64,000 nt of DNA from a virus (lineage: Duplodnaviria > Caudoviricetes), in IMG/VR virus record IMGVR_UViG_3300028887_000077, positions 64,001-128,000 of that record; one strand, written 5' to 3'. Shown in pieces: positions 47,205 to 56,371 of this stretch (within the stretch, counting starts at the first letter, position 1; every line of letters begins with the position of its first letter). A program made the translations under genes and the position numbers. The notes beneath the pieces were generated by a model. That model was given only the letters and a program-made list of their open reading frames with translations. It had not been told where the DNA came from and made no database searches.

Positions 47205-47474
47205 TCAGTTCACCTCCTCATATTCAATCCATTCTTTGCGCGGGAGCTTCACGAGCTTAACCGGCCCGCAGACTTCTTTGCGAAGAATTTTGAGATCCTC
47301 TTTGGCGTCTTTTTTGTCGTAGTATTTCCACGACCAAGAGTCGTTGCGATCGTACCACATAGGCATCAGCTTGCCGCTGATGACGTGTACGCCATGACCG
47401 CCGTAGTACCCGACGAGGTTGCCGTTCTTGTCATTATGGGCGATCATCCATTTGCGGAACACTTTCTTTTTCAT
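47205..47474 (-). CDS. hypothetical protein
   Basis: AAGGAG RBS. Confidence 0.7.
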   Translation of the reverse strand: MKKKVFRKWMIAHNDKNGNLVGYYGGHGVHVISGKLMPMWYDRNDSWSWKYYDKKDAKEDLKILRKEVCGPVKLVKLPRKEWIEYEEVN

Positions 47475-47863
47475 TGTTCTTTCTCCTTGCATTTGAAATA
47501 CACCCTTCCTTGCTGCGTCCCTTGGAAATAGAAAATCGGTATTCCGATGATCGCGAAACCGTGTTCTTTGACGATCTTTGCGATCTCTTCCGAAATAGCG
47601 TGGGCGAGTTCGCTGCTTTGTTCGCCGGTGAGTTCACGCGTTGTGCCTCGCCAAAGTCCGGCGTAACCAAATTTGCCCGTTTCTGCAACGGAAAAATTGA
47701 TTACGAATTCAGATTCTCCGTTTTCGATCTGATTAACGACAAGGGTTTCAACCATTTTCTCGTCAAGGGTGCATTTAATCCAATTGACGGCATCCTCGCG
47801 AATGGTTGCCATGTCTTTTGCTCTGCAGTCGAGCATTTCTTTCATTTTGTCGTTGAGATTCAT
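47471..47863 (-). CDS. hypothetical protein
   Basis: AAGGAG RBS. Confidence 0.75.
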   Translation of the reverse strand: MNLNDKMKEMLDCRAKDMATIREDAVNWIKCTLDEKMVETLVVNQIENGESEFVINFSVAETGKFGYAGLWRGTTRELTGEQSSELAHAISEEIAKIVKEHGFAIIGIPIFYFQGTQQGRVYFKCKEKEQ

Positions 47864-47878
47864 TGTTTTCTCTCCTTT

Positions 47879-48124
47879 TTATTCATATAAGACTTCAAGT
47901 CTCTTTTTATCGAAGTCGTCGGCAAGACTGCAACGGGTCCAGTCTCCCAGAGTGGCCCGTTCGACTTCTTCAAACTTTTTATCAGTTTGATAATCGTTGA
48001 GGTTAAACTTGTTTTTAACCTCTTGGGTCGTTTTGTCGATTTGCCGATAAATATCGACATACGCATCATCGATAATAATGTCTCCGACGGATTTTGTTCT
48101 GAGAATTATGTAGGTTCTTTTCAT
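47879..48124 (-). CDS. hypothetical protein
   Basis: GAGG RBS. Confidence 0.7.
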   Translation of the reverse strand: MKRTYIILRTKSVGDIIIDDAYVDIYRQIDKTTQEVKNKFNLNDYQTDKKFEEVERATLGDWTRCSLADDFDKKRLEVLYE

Positions 48125-48142
48125 TTTGCGCCTCTCTTTTTT

Positions 48143-48334
48143 TTATTTTTCAATGATATTTCCGCCGAAATAGATATACGAATCATTAGGGACGTTCAGA
48201 TCCCGTTTTGCTTTCCATTTCAGCGTTGCTGTGGCTCGACGAACATTTTCGGCCGTGGTTCCTCCAGACCACACGCCGAGATCGTTGTCCCGCTCGTCGA
48301 AGACGTGACCGGAATAGGTGTACGTGTGCACCAT
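48143..48334 (-). CDS. hypothetical protein
   Basis: tiles operon. Confidence 0.65.
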   Translation of the reverse strand: MVHTYTYSGHVFDERDNDLGVWSGGTTAENVRRATATLKWKAKRDLNVPNDSYIYFGGNIIEK

Positions 48335-48337
48335 CCT

Positions 48338-48796
48338 TCACCACCTTTCATTATATTCGTCGAGCATATACTCGGCGATGGTTTTACGTTTGTAGCGGAG
48401 CGTAGTTTTCTCCGCATAAACGATTGCGGCCTGAACAGAGGTGATTTCCTCCGGAACGCCGCACTTATGCGCGATTTCCATGAAGTATTTTTTAGCAAGA
48501 CCCCTCATAGAGATGTTCTTGCTATTATACTTCCTTCGGAGAAGCGCATAAAGCGCCTGGATGGTCTTTGCGTTGTGATTGCGACCATCTGCGTGTTTGT
48601 TGGTCCGGCCGATCTGCTTTGCTTTCGCCGTCGTGCTGGGATGCTTTTCTTTCCAGAGTTGACGAATAAGTTCGTCATGGCCCCAGGTGCATCCTGCGCA
48701 AGATCTGCGATAGCACGTTTCGCATTTTTCGTTAATGCGTTTAACAGCTTCGTCAGCAGTTTCTGCGGTTTCAAGAATATTTTCTTGTAGTGTCAT
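48338..48796 (-). CDS. hypothetical basic protein
   Basis: AAGGA RBS before ATG at 48796. Confidence 0.7.
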   Translation of the reverse strand: MTLQENILETAETADEAVKRINEKCETCYRRSCAGCTWGHDELIRQLWKEKHPSTTAKAKQIGRTNKHADGRNHNAKTIQALYALLRRKYNSKNISMRGLAKKYFMEIAHKCGVPEEITSVQAAIVYAEKTTLRYKRKTIAEYMLDEYNERW

Positions 48797-48864
48797 TTCA
48801 GAGGTCCTTTCTTTATCCTCGTTCTCCCCTACTCTCACTCGGGTGCGATCTCTGTTGTGCAACC

Positions 48865-49065
48865 TTATTTCTTTGTTTGTTCGCACAAACGCAAGAAATC
48901 TTCTCGGGTTTTTTCTTTGATTTCCGCCTCGACTGCCGGATCGCAAAGCTCGTGGGTAAACAGGGGTCTGCCCAGCTTTTCTTCGACATATTTGTGCATA
49001 TCGGGAAAATCACACATTAATACGCCGGTGTATGCGGAAACGATCACCCGTTCCTCTTGTGTCAT
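48865..49065 (-). CDS. conserved phage hypothetical protein
   Basis: IVSAYTGVLMCDF..HKYVEEKLGRPLFTHE. Confidence 0.75.
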   Translation of the reverse strand: MTQEERVIVSAYTGVLMCDFPDMHKYVEEKLGRPLFTHELCDPAVEAEIKEKTREDFLRLCEQTKK

Positions 49066-49093
49066 ATTTGTTCACCTCCTTCATAAGCCCGGC

Positions 49094-49495
49094 TTATGCA
49101 CGGGTATTAATCATCTTTTCGATCGCGGCTGCGGCAGCGACGAGCCCATCTTCGTCGGGTTTGACGAAGGGGACAACCTCGCCTTCAAGCGTGGTGTAGC
49201 CGCCCTTCAGCCACGCGAGGTATTCGAGGAACGAATCCTCTTCGAAGGGAGACAGGACGTTCGTCACGTCGGTACTGTCGTAGAGGTTGTCGAGCCCTTC
49301 AATGACTTTGTCGATGAGGGGTGCCTTGATCGGCTTACTCCCGTCGAGGCGCATGATCAGTCCCACGACGAGTTCGTTGCGGGTCGCTGGCGCCGTTCTC
49401 GCGAGAAAATAGTTTACGACAGTGTCGTTTTTGACCAACGGGTAGGCGCCCGTGATCGCGATGGTGGTGGTTTCGAAATCGAAAACGTTTCCCAT
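49094..49495 (-). CDS. hypothetical protein
   Basis: AAGGA RBS before ATG at 49495. Confidence 0.7.
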   Translation of the reverse strand: MGNVFDFETTTIAITGAYPLVKNDTVVNYFLARTAPATRNELVVGLIMRLDGSKPIKAPLIDKVIEGLDNLYDSTDVTNVLSPFEEDSFLEYLAWLKGGYTTLEGEVVPFVKPDEDGLVAAAAAIEKMINTRA

Positions 49496-49649
49496 GGTTC
49501 TTCCTTTCCCCACTAAGGCAGGGTACTCCATAAAATATTTGAGCTTTCGCTCTTGTTGGGGGTCTTGTCCGGGAATCCCCCTAAGCCGGTCCACTCTATT
49601 GAATGGAAATGCAGTTTTCTGTTCCCGGGATCACCGTAAACCCGGAGGG

Positions 49650-49817
49650 TCAGAGATTTACCTTTAAACCTCTAACCCTCAACTCTTTCACGATCTTCGC
49701 GATCTCGTCACAGTGTGCTTTGATCTGCGAAACTTCGCAAACTTCAATGGAAGCTTTAATCCTCTCAAGTTGTCTGCGAAGTTAAATAGCAGAAAGAGAA
49801 GAATAACCATTTTTCAT
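49650..49817 (-). pseudogene. small gene with in-frame TAA
   Basis: MKNGYSSLSAI*LRRQLERIKASIEVCEV..; AAGGA RBS; TAA at 49782..49784. Confidence 0.45.
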
Positions 49818-49957
49818 AGCAATTTCCTTTCTTTTTTTTGTAGGGTCTACCAGAAACCTCTTTTACATTTATGAGGATTCTCTTTGACTCTTATTTCTCA
49901 TTATCCGATATACCCACACACAAAAAATCAAAAAAATCAAAAAACCCCACCCCCCCA

Positions 49958-49988
49958 ACAAAAAAACCGGCGACCCAGTCGCCAGTTT
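49958..49988 (-). terminator. intrinsic terminator
   Basis: minus strand CTGGCGAC-TGG-GTCGCCGG-TTTTTTT. Confidence 0.8.
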
Positions 49989-49990
49989 CT

Positions 49991-50356
49991 TTACTCTTCT
50001 CCCAACTCATTCACCTCAAAATACGGCCTAAACGTACCATCCCCATCCGCAAAGAACGACAGCGTTTCCGAGTGTCCGATCTCCCCATCTTTCTGCATAA
50101 CGTCGAGAAGCTTCAGGAACCGCTCCATCCACCATCTGGTCATCTTACATGTGATCGTACAGGTCATCGGGTCCTCGTCTTTATCGTCTGGCCCTCTTTC
50201 GAGACCAAAATAGACGATATGCCGGACGCTCGGGCAGAAGCATATTTTCTTAATCCACTCCAAATCTCTGTTTCTCTCTTTGGGAAAATGGGCTTTGCGC
50301 AGTTTCTCTTCGTCTTCGGGCGTAGGGTATTCGGTGTCGATAAAAGTATCGTTCAT
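49991..50356 (-). CDS. hypothetical protein
   Basis: C-terminal IGHS..SFFADGDGTFRP motif. Confidence 0.75.
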   Translation of the reverse strand: MNDTFIDTEYPTPEDEEKLRKAHFPKERNRDLEWIKKICFCPSVRHIVYFGLERGPDDKDEDPMTCTITCKMTRWWMERFLKLLDVMQKDGEIGHSETLSFFADGDGTFRPYFEVNELGEE

Positions 50357-50362
50357 ATTAAA

Positions 50363-50626
50363 TTAACAATCCTTTCTTGAAAAGACCGTATTGGAGACCT
50401 TTTGGTAAGCGTCAACGTAGAACTCTTCCTTGTCTCCATCATATGTGCATTCGTAAATGTGTACGGGGCCGGGGCCGGGGATACACATAATGCACTTGTA
50501 ATTCTGGAGCGTTTTTGAGTACCAGACTAACTGAACGTCCGATGGAAGCGCGTCAACGTCAAACTCTTTCTTTGCGACGGTGAGCACGTGGTTGCGGCAT
50601 CTGGAAATAAACTCTTCTGTTGTCAT
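50363..50626 (-). CDS. DUF6275-like protein
   Basis: LVWYSKTLQNYK..YECTYDGDKEEFYVDAYQK. Confidence 0.8.
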   Translation of the reverse strand: MTTEEFISRCRNHVLTVAKKEFDVDALPSDVQLVWYSKTLQNYKCIMCIPGPGPVHIYECTYDGDKEEFYVDAYQKVSNTVFSRKDC

Positions 50627-50651
50627 GTTTTGTCCTCCTTGTTCGCTGTAA

Positions 50652-51074
50652 TCATTTTACTTCTCCTCGTTTCTGACGATCTATTTCGGCGTCTCTGGGG
50701 TCTTGTTGTTCGGTGGGCTCTGGATCCGATGGTCTGAGGCCGTTTGCGACCTCATTGCGGTACTTAAGCCTTTCTTCTGCGCGCTTGATACCTTCTTCGC
50801 TCCAGTCAATTGAGAAATTAGTACCGTTCGAATATACGGCAATGAAAACTTCGTATTTTAACAGAAGTAGGTCTTCTGTAAGCGCTTTTCGTACCGGATC
50901 TGGTAAACTGAAATCTTCATCCCATCTGACGCTTGTCAGGCCGTATTTCTCGTTTGCCTCGTTGATCTTGTTTTGGATGATGGTCATGTATTTAACGTAA
51001 TACTCGCCGTCGCGACGCTCAAGGTCTTCGACGCATCGTTTGTGGTTTGCAAGTGCTTCTTCTGCTGTAATCAT
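50652..51074 (-). CDS. hypothetical protein (tandem family)
   Basis: MITAEEA..SIDW. Confidence 0.7.
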   Translation of the reverse strand: MITAEEALANHKRCVEDLERRDGEYYVKYMTIIQNKINEANEKYGLTSVRWDEDFSLPDPVRKALTEDLLLLKYEVFIAVYSNGTNFSIDWSEEGIKRAEERLKYRNEVANGLRPSDPEPTEQQDPRDAEIDRQKRGEVK

Positions 51075-51109
51075 TTCTTCTCCCGTTCTTGTTTCTGTTT
51101 CTGCGATCC

Positions 51110-51385
51110 TCACCAACTTGCTTTCAATTTGCCGGATTCGTAGAAGTAAGCCGCGTTTGGGTTTTTGTATATCTCAGAAACAAACCCCTTGCTGATCAAC
51201 TCTTCCTTTACTTTGTTTGCACGGGCAAGTTGCACTTCGTCTTTCATGTCAAAACAGATCTCTGCAACGGCCTTCTCGCATTTCGCCATTTTTTCAATTT
51301 CTGCGCACATCTTTTCCCTGAGCTTTTTTAACTCGTTGTCACCTGCGATCTTAACCATTTTTCTTGCCTCTTTTGCCGTAATCAT
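51110..51385 (-). CDS. hypothetical protein (tandem family)
   Basis: MITAKEA..KGF..ASW. Confidence 0.7.
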   Translation of the reverse strand: MITAKEARKMVKIAGDNELKKLREKMCAEIEKMAKCEKAVAEICFDMKDEVQLARANKVKEELISKGFVSEIYKNPNAAYFYESGKLKASW

Positions 51386-51389
51386 TTTT

Positions 51390-51656
51390 TTATTGTCCTC
51401 CCCACCTAATCCATAGCTCGTGAGAGCTACTTCCTTCTTGATATTTTTTGATTTCAGTTCTATACCCACGTTTGTCGAAATAGTCTTTTACGTTCTGGAT
51501 ACACTTTACGTCGACCCAAACCGTACAAGCAGTACCGCCACGACCGGACGTATCCTTAATCTCTTGCAGGGCCTTGCGGATCGCCAGCTTTTCTTTCTTC
51601 TTCATGGCTTTCAGGTTTGCTCGGTTCGTTCTTTTAAGTGCTTTTTCTGCCCTCAT
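51390..51656 (-). CDS. hypothetical protein (tandem family)
   Basis: MRAEKA..RGY..IRW. Confidence 0.7.
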   Translation of the reverse strand: MRAEKALKRTNRANLKAMKKKEKLAIRKALQEIKDTSGRGGTACTVWVDVKCIQNVKDYFDKRGYRTEIKKYQEGSSSHELWIRWGGQ

Positions 51657-51691
51657 TGTTTATCTCCGTTATTGTTTTATTTTATTTTATT

Positions 51692-52483
51692 TTATTTTAT
51701 ATTAGTTGTGCCGGCTATATTTAACGACTTTTCGGGATTTTCCTTATAGTACTTCTGAATATAATACTTTTCTCGCTCCAAGATATTTTCGTCCTTAGGT
51801 ACGATTTCCAAAACTTCAAACTGATAATCAGTAATCGAGCTGATCGGGAATCTTTCGGTCTTCAGATGCTGCCCCCATCTAAAAATAGGCGCATATACTG
51901 TTTGACCGATGTAAAATTCTCCTGTCGACTTTTTCGAAATCTTATAGATATACCCGGCGCACTCGTTAGAAAACATGTCTCTGGTAACGAAAAACTCGGT
52001 GTCCTGATCAGGGCTTAGCTTTTTTGTTTCTCTCTGTCTGTATTTTTCTTTGCACGCATAGCAACAAAACTTTTTAGTTCTATATTCTTGGATGTTAAAA
52101 AAGTCGTACTTTACTTCGTAGTTGGCGAACTCTATATATTTTCGCAGATACGTCGTAACTTGGGACCCGCAGTTATCACAGACAAATGAAATTTTTTGAA
52201 AGTACCGCTCTGTGTCATAGCAGTGTTCACCAATTATAACACAGTACAAATCGCCAGCTTTGAGATTTTTGCTGAATCGAAAAGAAATATTTTCGCCGTA
52301 TTCGTCACGGATAATTGACTTGAACTGCTCTCGGTCATCACAAACAAGGCAGTCCATAGTCAGTTCCTTGTTGCACATTTTACTTATGCTGTTAAACCCG
52401 AAAACTTCTACCCCCGATTGTAGTGCTTTCTCCTGCTCTTCCGCAGAAGACACCTCGTAGATTCGGTACAAAACTTCAATCAT
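51692..52483 (-). CDS. GIY-YIG nuclease domain protein with Zn ribbon
   Basis: GYIYKI..FYIGQT..RWGQH..FEVLE..EREKYYI..LN; upstream CDNC/CCYAC. Confidence 0.85.
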   Translation of the reverse strand: MIEVLYRIYEVSSAEEQEKALQSGVEVFGFNSISKMCNKELTMDCLVCDDREQFKSIIRDEYGENISFRFSKNLKAGDLYCVIIGEHCYDTERYFQKISFVCDNCGSQVTTYLRKYIEFANYEVKYDFFNIQEYRTKKFCCYACKEKYRQRETKKLSPDQDTEFFVTRDMFSNECAGYIYKISKKSTGEFYIGQTVYAPIFRWGQHLKTERFPISSITDYQFEVLEIVPKDENILEREKYYIQKYYKENPEKSLNIAGTTNIK

Positions 52484-52495
52484 AAATAGTTACCG

Positions 52496-52738
52496 TTAGT
52501 CTTTGTTCTCCTTAAAATACTTGCACTTGTGCAGTAGTTTTTCAAAAAATCCGGCAGGGCACATACACACGCAATGACCGTACCTCTTAGATGTGTGTTC
52601 ACAACTGTCGCAGTCCGGGCTTTGATTGAGGCATACCTTACCTTCGTTTACCTCATAAACGCACTTTTGACATAAAGTTTTACGAAAAACAGACTCTCGC
52701 CAATTTTTAATTTTAGTCCCATTGAGGCTCTTAAACAT
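52496..52738 (-). CDS. Cys-rich hypothetical protein
   Basis: GAGGAG RBS. Confidence 0.65.
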   Translation of the reverse strand: MFKSLNGTKIKNWRESVFRKTLCQKCVYEVNEGKVCLNQSPDCDSCEHTSKRYGHCVCMCPAGFFEKLLHKCKYFKENKD

Positions 52739-53021
52739 TTTCTTTCTCCTCGTTTCTAACGATTGCGATCTGATTTGGGGTAAGCGGATGTGTCTGTGCA
52801 AGCAGGAAACGATACGGAAGTTTCTCCGGAATCGTTAGCTTCATATGTTCTATTAATCCTATTGGACGTGCGACGACCAGATCACCAAACTGTTCTTTAA
52901 AAAGCGCCTCGGCAAACGCTTTCATAAACTTTTCTTTCGTTTCGCAAACTTCTGCTTCTTTATGATATAACCCGCAGCTTTCCGAGACGACAGGTTTAAA
53001 CGGGCAATCGGTACAATTCAC
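52731..53021 (-). CDS. hypothetical protein
   Basis: GGAGG RBS, GTG start. Confidence 0.7.
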   Translation of the reverse strand: MNCTDCPFKPVVSESCGLYHKEAEVCETKEKFMKAFAEALFKEQFGDLVVARPIGLIEHMKLTIPEKLPYRFLLAQTHPLTPNQIAIVRNEEKENV

Positions 53022-53026
53022 GCAGC

Positions 53027-53551
53027 TTATCCCTCCGCAAGCGGCACCCTAACATACTTGTCGGGAGACATGGTGCGGAAGTATACACAACTTCTACAAT
53101 ATTCGGATCTCCAAATATAATAGTCGTCAGTAACTCCGTCATGTTCTCTCATATAGTTAATCTCGCTCGAACCTAATTCAACAATCTTCGCCTGTTCCCA
53201 GTCGTAATATCCAACGTCGCAGCCCTTGTCTATGTCTAACTCATGTATAATATTATCGATTGCATTGACATGATTAGCAATCTCCTCTATCTCTGGATAG
53301 AATCTCATTGTGTCGCACTCAAGAAATGGTTCGTATCCGCTGTTATGAGCGCTTTCAAAGGCGGCTTCTTGAGTTGGAAATACGTCTTCGAGCCAATGGC
53401 CGCCAAACAAGTTGTCTGTATTGATGCTAATACCGCTTTCATTCACAAAAAGGCCCCTAACCTTCTCCTTATAAATGCGCCCATCAAACCGAGACCAGCG
53501 AATATAAACCTCATCTCCGATAGAGCACGGGAGTTTTATTGTTTCAACCAT
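53027..53551 (-). CDS. hypothetical protein (LPCxxGDxVY-type family)
   Basis: LPCSIGDEVYI..WLEDVFPTQEAA. Confidence 0.75.
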   Translation of the reverse strand: MVETIKLPCSIGDEVYIRWSRFDGRIYKEKVRGLFVNESGISINTDNLFGGHWLEDVFPTQEAAFESAHNSGYEPFLECDTMRFYPEIEEIANHVNAIDNIIHELDIDKGCDVGYYDWEQAKIVELGSSEINYMREHDGVTDDYYIWRSEYCRSCVYFRTMSPDKYVRVPLAEG

Positions 53552-53813
53552 TTTCTTCCTCCTTATATTTGGGCATCGGAGCCCACGCAATTACATCGCA
53601 ACACTTGTCGTTAACGACAAACCAGCCATTTGATCCCCGGCGGTGATACTCGCCTTGTTTGACACGATAGACGGGGCGCTTTGACGTTCGAGGTTTAAGA
53701 ACGCACAGCACCGGCCTCGAGCAACAAAGAACAGTTTCATAACGCAACAAGTAATGAAAAGGTGTGTCTGGCAACCTGTCTTCAACCTTAATCCACTTAA
53801 TCTCGTTTGTCAT
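53544..53813 (-). CDS. DUF551-like protein
   Basis: WIKVEDRLP..VIAWAPMP. Confidence 0.8.
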   Translation of the reverse strand: MTNEIKWIKVEDRLPDTPFHYLLRYETVLCCSRPVLCVLKPRTSKRPVYRVKQGEYHRRGSNGWFVVNDKCCDVIAWAPMPKYKEEENG

Positions 53814-54031
53814 CTTTCTACCTCGCAAGAAATTCCGGTGTGTTTATTTGCCTCCGCAATTCTCTTTGCTTCGCATTCTTCGCATAGATAAACGGGTATT
53901 CTAAGCGGAGCAACACGGAACGGAACGCATGTTTCCGTAAAGAACTTAAAGTTGCGCCCGGCAGGTGCGAACGCTTTTCCGCAGTCACAACAACTAACAA
54001 TGTTGTCTGTAACGACATATCCGTCTGTCAT
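53810..54031 (-). CDS. small Zn-binding protein
   Basis: CCDCGK..LCEEC. Confidence 0.7.
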   Translation of the reverse strand: MTDGYVVTDNIVSCCDCGKAFAPAGRNFKFFTETCVPFRVAPLRIPVYLCEECEAKRIAEANKHTGISCEVER

Positions 54032-54487
54032 TTAACCCCATCCTAATTTACGCATTTTTTTAAGGAACAGCATGTTTTCTTTGTAAGTAAGACCAACCGC
54101 CGTGTTACCAATTCCATTTTTGTCACACAGGGTTGGGTCATAACTTTGGATCAGATGATTTCCGCTTGTTTTATGAAGAAGCGCGACTACATGCTGGTAT
54201 CCATCGGTATTGCGTTTATAAATAACACAAAGGTCGTTTTCCTCGGTTTTAACAAATCCGAGCTTCGAAATTTTTTTATCAATTCTGCTTTTCATTTTTA
54301 TTTCGTCCTCCTTATTTGTGACAATTTTAACTGTAGTTTTTCCGGTTCTAATAAGTTCATCAAACCGAGCAGCGCAGGCACGCATCTCCTGTTTACATTT
54401 CTGACCTTCTTCGGATTCCCAAAACTCGCGAGACACCTTCTGTGCTTCTTCCCACTTTTTTGCGTCTACGATAAATACGTGAGGCAT
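54032..54487 (-). CDS. hypothetical protein
   Basis: AAGAGGAGG RBS. Confidence 0.7.
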   Translation of the reverse strand: MPHVFIVDAKKWEEAQKVSREFWESEEGQKCKQEMRACAARFDELIRTGKTTVKIVTNKEDEIKMKSRIDKKISKLGFVKTEENDLCVIYKRNTDGYQHVVALLHKTSGNHLIQSYDPTLCDKNGIGNTAVGLTYKENMLFLKKMRKLGWG

Positions 54488-54815
54488 AACTTATCCTCCT
54501 TTATTCCTTTTGACATATTTCTCAATCGCGTTATAAACCTCTTTTACATTCATGACCCCGGGGCGGTTTCTTATATGTCTATATTGTACATATGTGTCCG
54601 CATTTTTGGTGTGGCGTTCAGAGTGTTTTATCTTTCTTCGATTCTCCCCCAAATGTCTCCGTTGCTTTCAACTGTTATAATTCCATCGGAAGTAACAACA
54701 GACACCCGGGCGTATTCTTCATTGGTTTCATTGTTATAAAAAACAATTCTTACGCGACGTTTCTCATCGCCCATTCTTCCGAACACAGTCTCGTTCATAC
54801 CTTTCCTCCGTTACT

Positions 54816-55010
54816 TTAATAAGTTGCTTCGGCGTTTAACTTGCCCATCTTGTAACCTTCATCGAAACCTTCATCATACGCATCTTCGATGAATTCATTG
54901 AATTTATCGCACAACTCTTTGAGCTGGTATTCTTCTTCCGGAGTAAACACAAAGGCGTTTGGTTTGCCAAAGATATCTGCGATACGCTTTTTAAATTCCG
55001 TAAATTCCAT
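54816..55010 (-). CDS. hypothetical protein
   Basis: AYDEGFDEGY motif; tiles operon. Confidence 0.6.
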   Translation of the reverse strand: MEFTEFKKRIADIFGKPNAFVFTPEEEYQLKELCDKFNEFIEDAYDEGFDEGYKMGKLNAEATY

Positions 55011-55287
55011 TATGTCCACTTGAATTTTCCTCCTGCATGACGAGCCTCTTATATTCGTCCGCAATCTTTTGTGCATTCTCGTCTTCGAGGCTCGGAACAT
55101 ATACTTCTTCCCCGCACTTCATACAATAAGCAAGGGGAAGGACAATGTCTACCCGCGTCTGATGGACGTCAAAATGCATCGGCGTATCTTTAATGCGGTA
55201 GGCGACGCGGTCGCGACAATTTGCGCATATCACTTTGTTGTTGTCGTTACAGTCGGCAACGGCGCCTTTATTGATTTGGTAGCTCAT
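54991..55287 (-). CDS. YgiT/MqsA-type zinc-finger protein
   Basis: CANC..AYCMKCGEEVY..DEN. Confidence 0.7.
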   Translation of the reverse strand: MSYQINKGAVADCNDNNKVICANCRDRVAYRIKDTPMHFDVHQTRVDIVLPLAYCMKCGEEVYVPSLEDENAQKIADEYKRLVMQEENSSGHNGIYGI

Positions 55288-55323
55288 ATCCTTCTCCTTG
55301 ACAGACGTTTTTGTTTTATCCCT

Positions 55324-55731
55324 TTACTTTTTTGGTTCGTCTACGGAGTCAACCGGTTTTTCTTTCGCAACAACCTCCGGCTTCTGCGGCTGAACAATGC
55401 TGATACCCAACTGATCCCGCAGAAAGTCGAGAGCGGTCGGAATATTCATCTTCGAAAGAAGATCGAGAAAATTAAGCTTCGGGAGTTTCTGCTTGAAGGT
55501 GGTGATTGCCTCAACTCGCCGAATGACCTGACCGTTGATCGTATTTTTCTTCTTGTTGACCTTTAAGCCGAATTGTTCGGCAATATCCATCATGCCTTGG
55601 ACGTCAATCCAAACCGGTTCAGAATCGCCGTCTTGATGATCGGCGTAAACATAAATTTCATGGGTAGAGTCGTTACAGATAGCAACCCCGTTGACGTAAA
55701 ACGTAGTGATCTGCTGGTAAAAACTCCTCAT
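55324..55731 (-). CDS. hypothetical protein
   Basis: ATGA overlap. Confidence 0.7.
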   Translation of the reverse strand: MRSFYQQITTFYVNGVAICNDSTHEIYVYADHQDGDSEPVWIDVQGMMDIAEQFGLKVNKKKNTINGQVIRRVEAITTFKQKLPKLNFLDLLSKMNIPTALDFLRDQLGISIVQPQKPEVVAKEKPVDSVDEPKK

Positions 55732-55997
55732 TGCTCTTCTTCCTCCATATTATCATATTCCTCTTCTTCGTCATCGCAAAGAGCGATGTATGGTCCGCCA
55801 TAACCCTTATTGCGTTCGTTCGCGTATGTGACCACATAGTTGCCGCAGTCTTCATATTTGAACCACACCTCTTGTTCGTTTTCGGTGTGAAAGCGCATTG
55901 CTGTCGCCACAGCTTCCCAGAATTTTTCTTCGGACTCATAGTTCTTTTTGCTCATTATATAAGATCCGGAATCCGAAGACGGGAAAACTTCTCGCAT
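55728..55997 (-). CDS. hypothetical acidic protein
   Basis: AAGGAGG RBS after promoter. Confidence 0.75.
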   Translation of the reverse strand: MREVFPSSDSGSYIMSKKNYESEEKFWEAVATAMRFHTENEQEVWFKYEDCGNYVVTYANERNKGYGGPYIALCDDEEEEYDNMEEEEQ

Positions 55998-56032
55998 TTA
56001 AATAAAACCCTCCTTTTATTGGGGCTGCCTAT

Positions 56033-56061
56033 ATTATAACAGCCCCGCAAGCATTTGTCAA
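56033..56061 (-). promoter_or_regulatory. sigmaA promoter
   Basis: TTGACA-17-TATAAT with TG on minus strand. Confidence 0.9.
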
Positions 56062-56081
56062 GTGTTTTTTAGTATTTTTTT

Positions 56082-56357
56082 TTACGATTCTTGGTTTTTA
56101 CGAGCATTAATCTTATCTTCGCGGCCCTGATTGCGCACAATCGTACGCTCTTTATCTGCGTCATAATCCATAATGTTGTCGTCGCAGTCTATATCCATGC
56201 CGAGAGCTCCCTTTTCTACAAGCGACCGCGGAGATCTCTCTGCCCATTCCGGGTGATCGTGTGTTGCGCCGGCATTACCTGTCGTATTAATATATTTTTG
56301 CATCTCCTCAGGAGAGATGGTGTTTTCCTTCTTGGCCTTTTTAAATCTGTTAGACAT
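56082..56357 (-). CDS. hypothetical protein
   Basis: AAGGA RBS. Confidence 0.7.
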   Translation of the reverse strand: MSNRFKKAKKENTISPEEMQKYINTTGNAGATHDHPEWAERSPRSLVEKGALGMDIDCDDNIMDYDADKERTIVRNQGREDKINARKNQES

Positions 56358-56371
56358 ACATTGTCCTTTCT

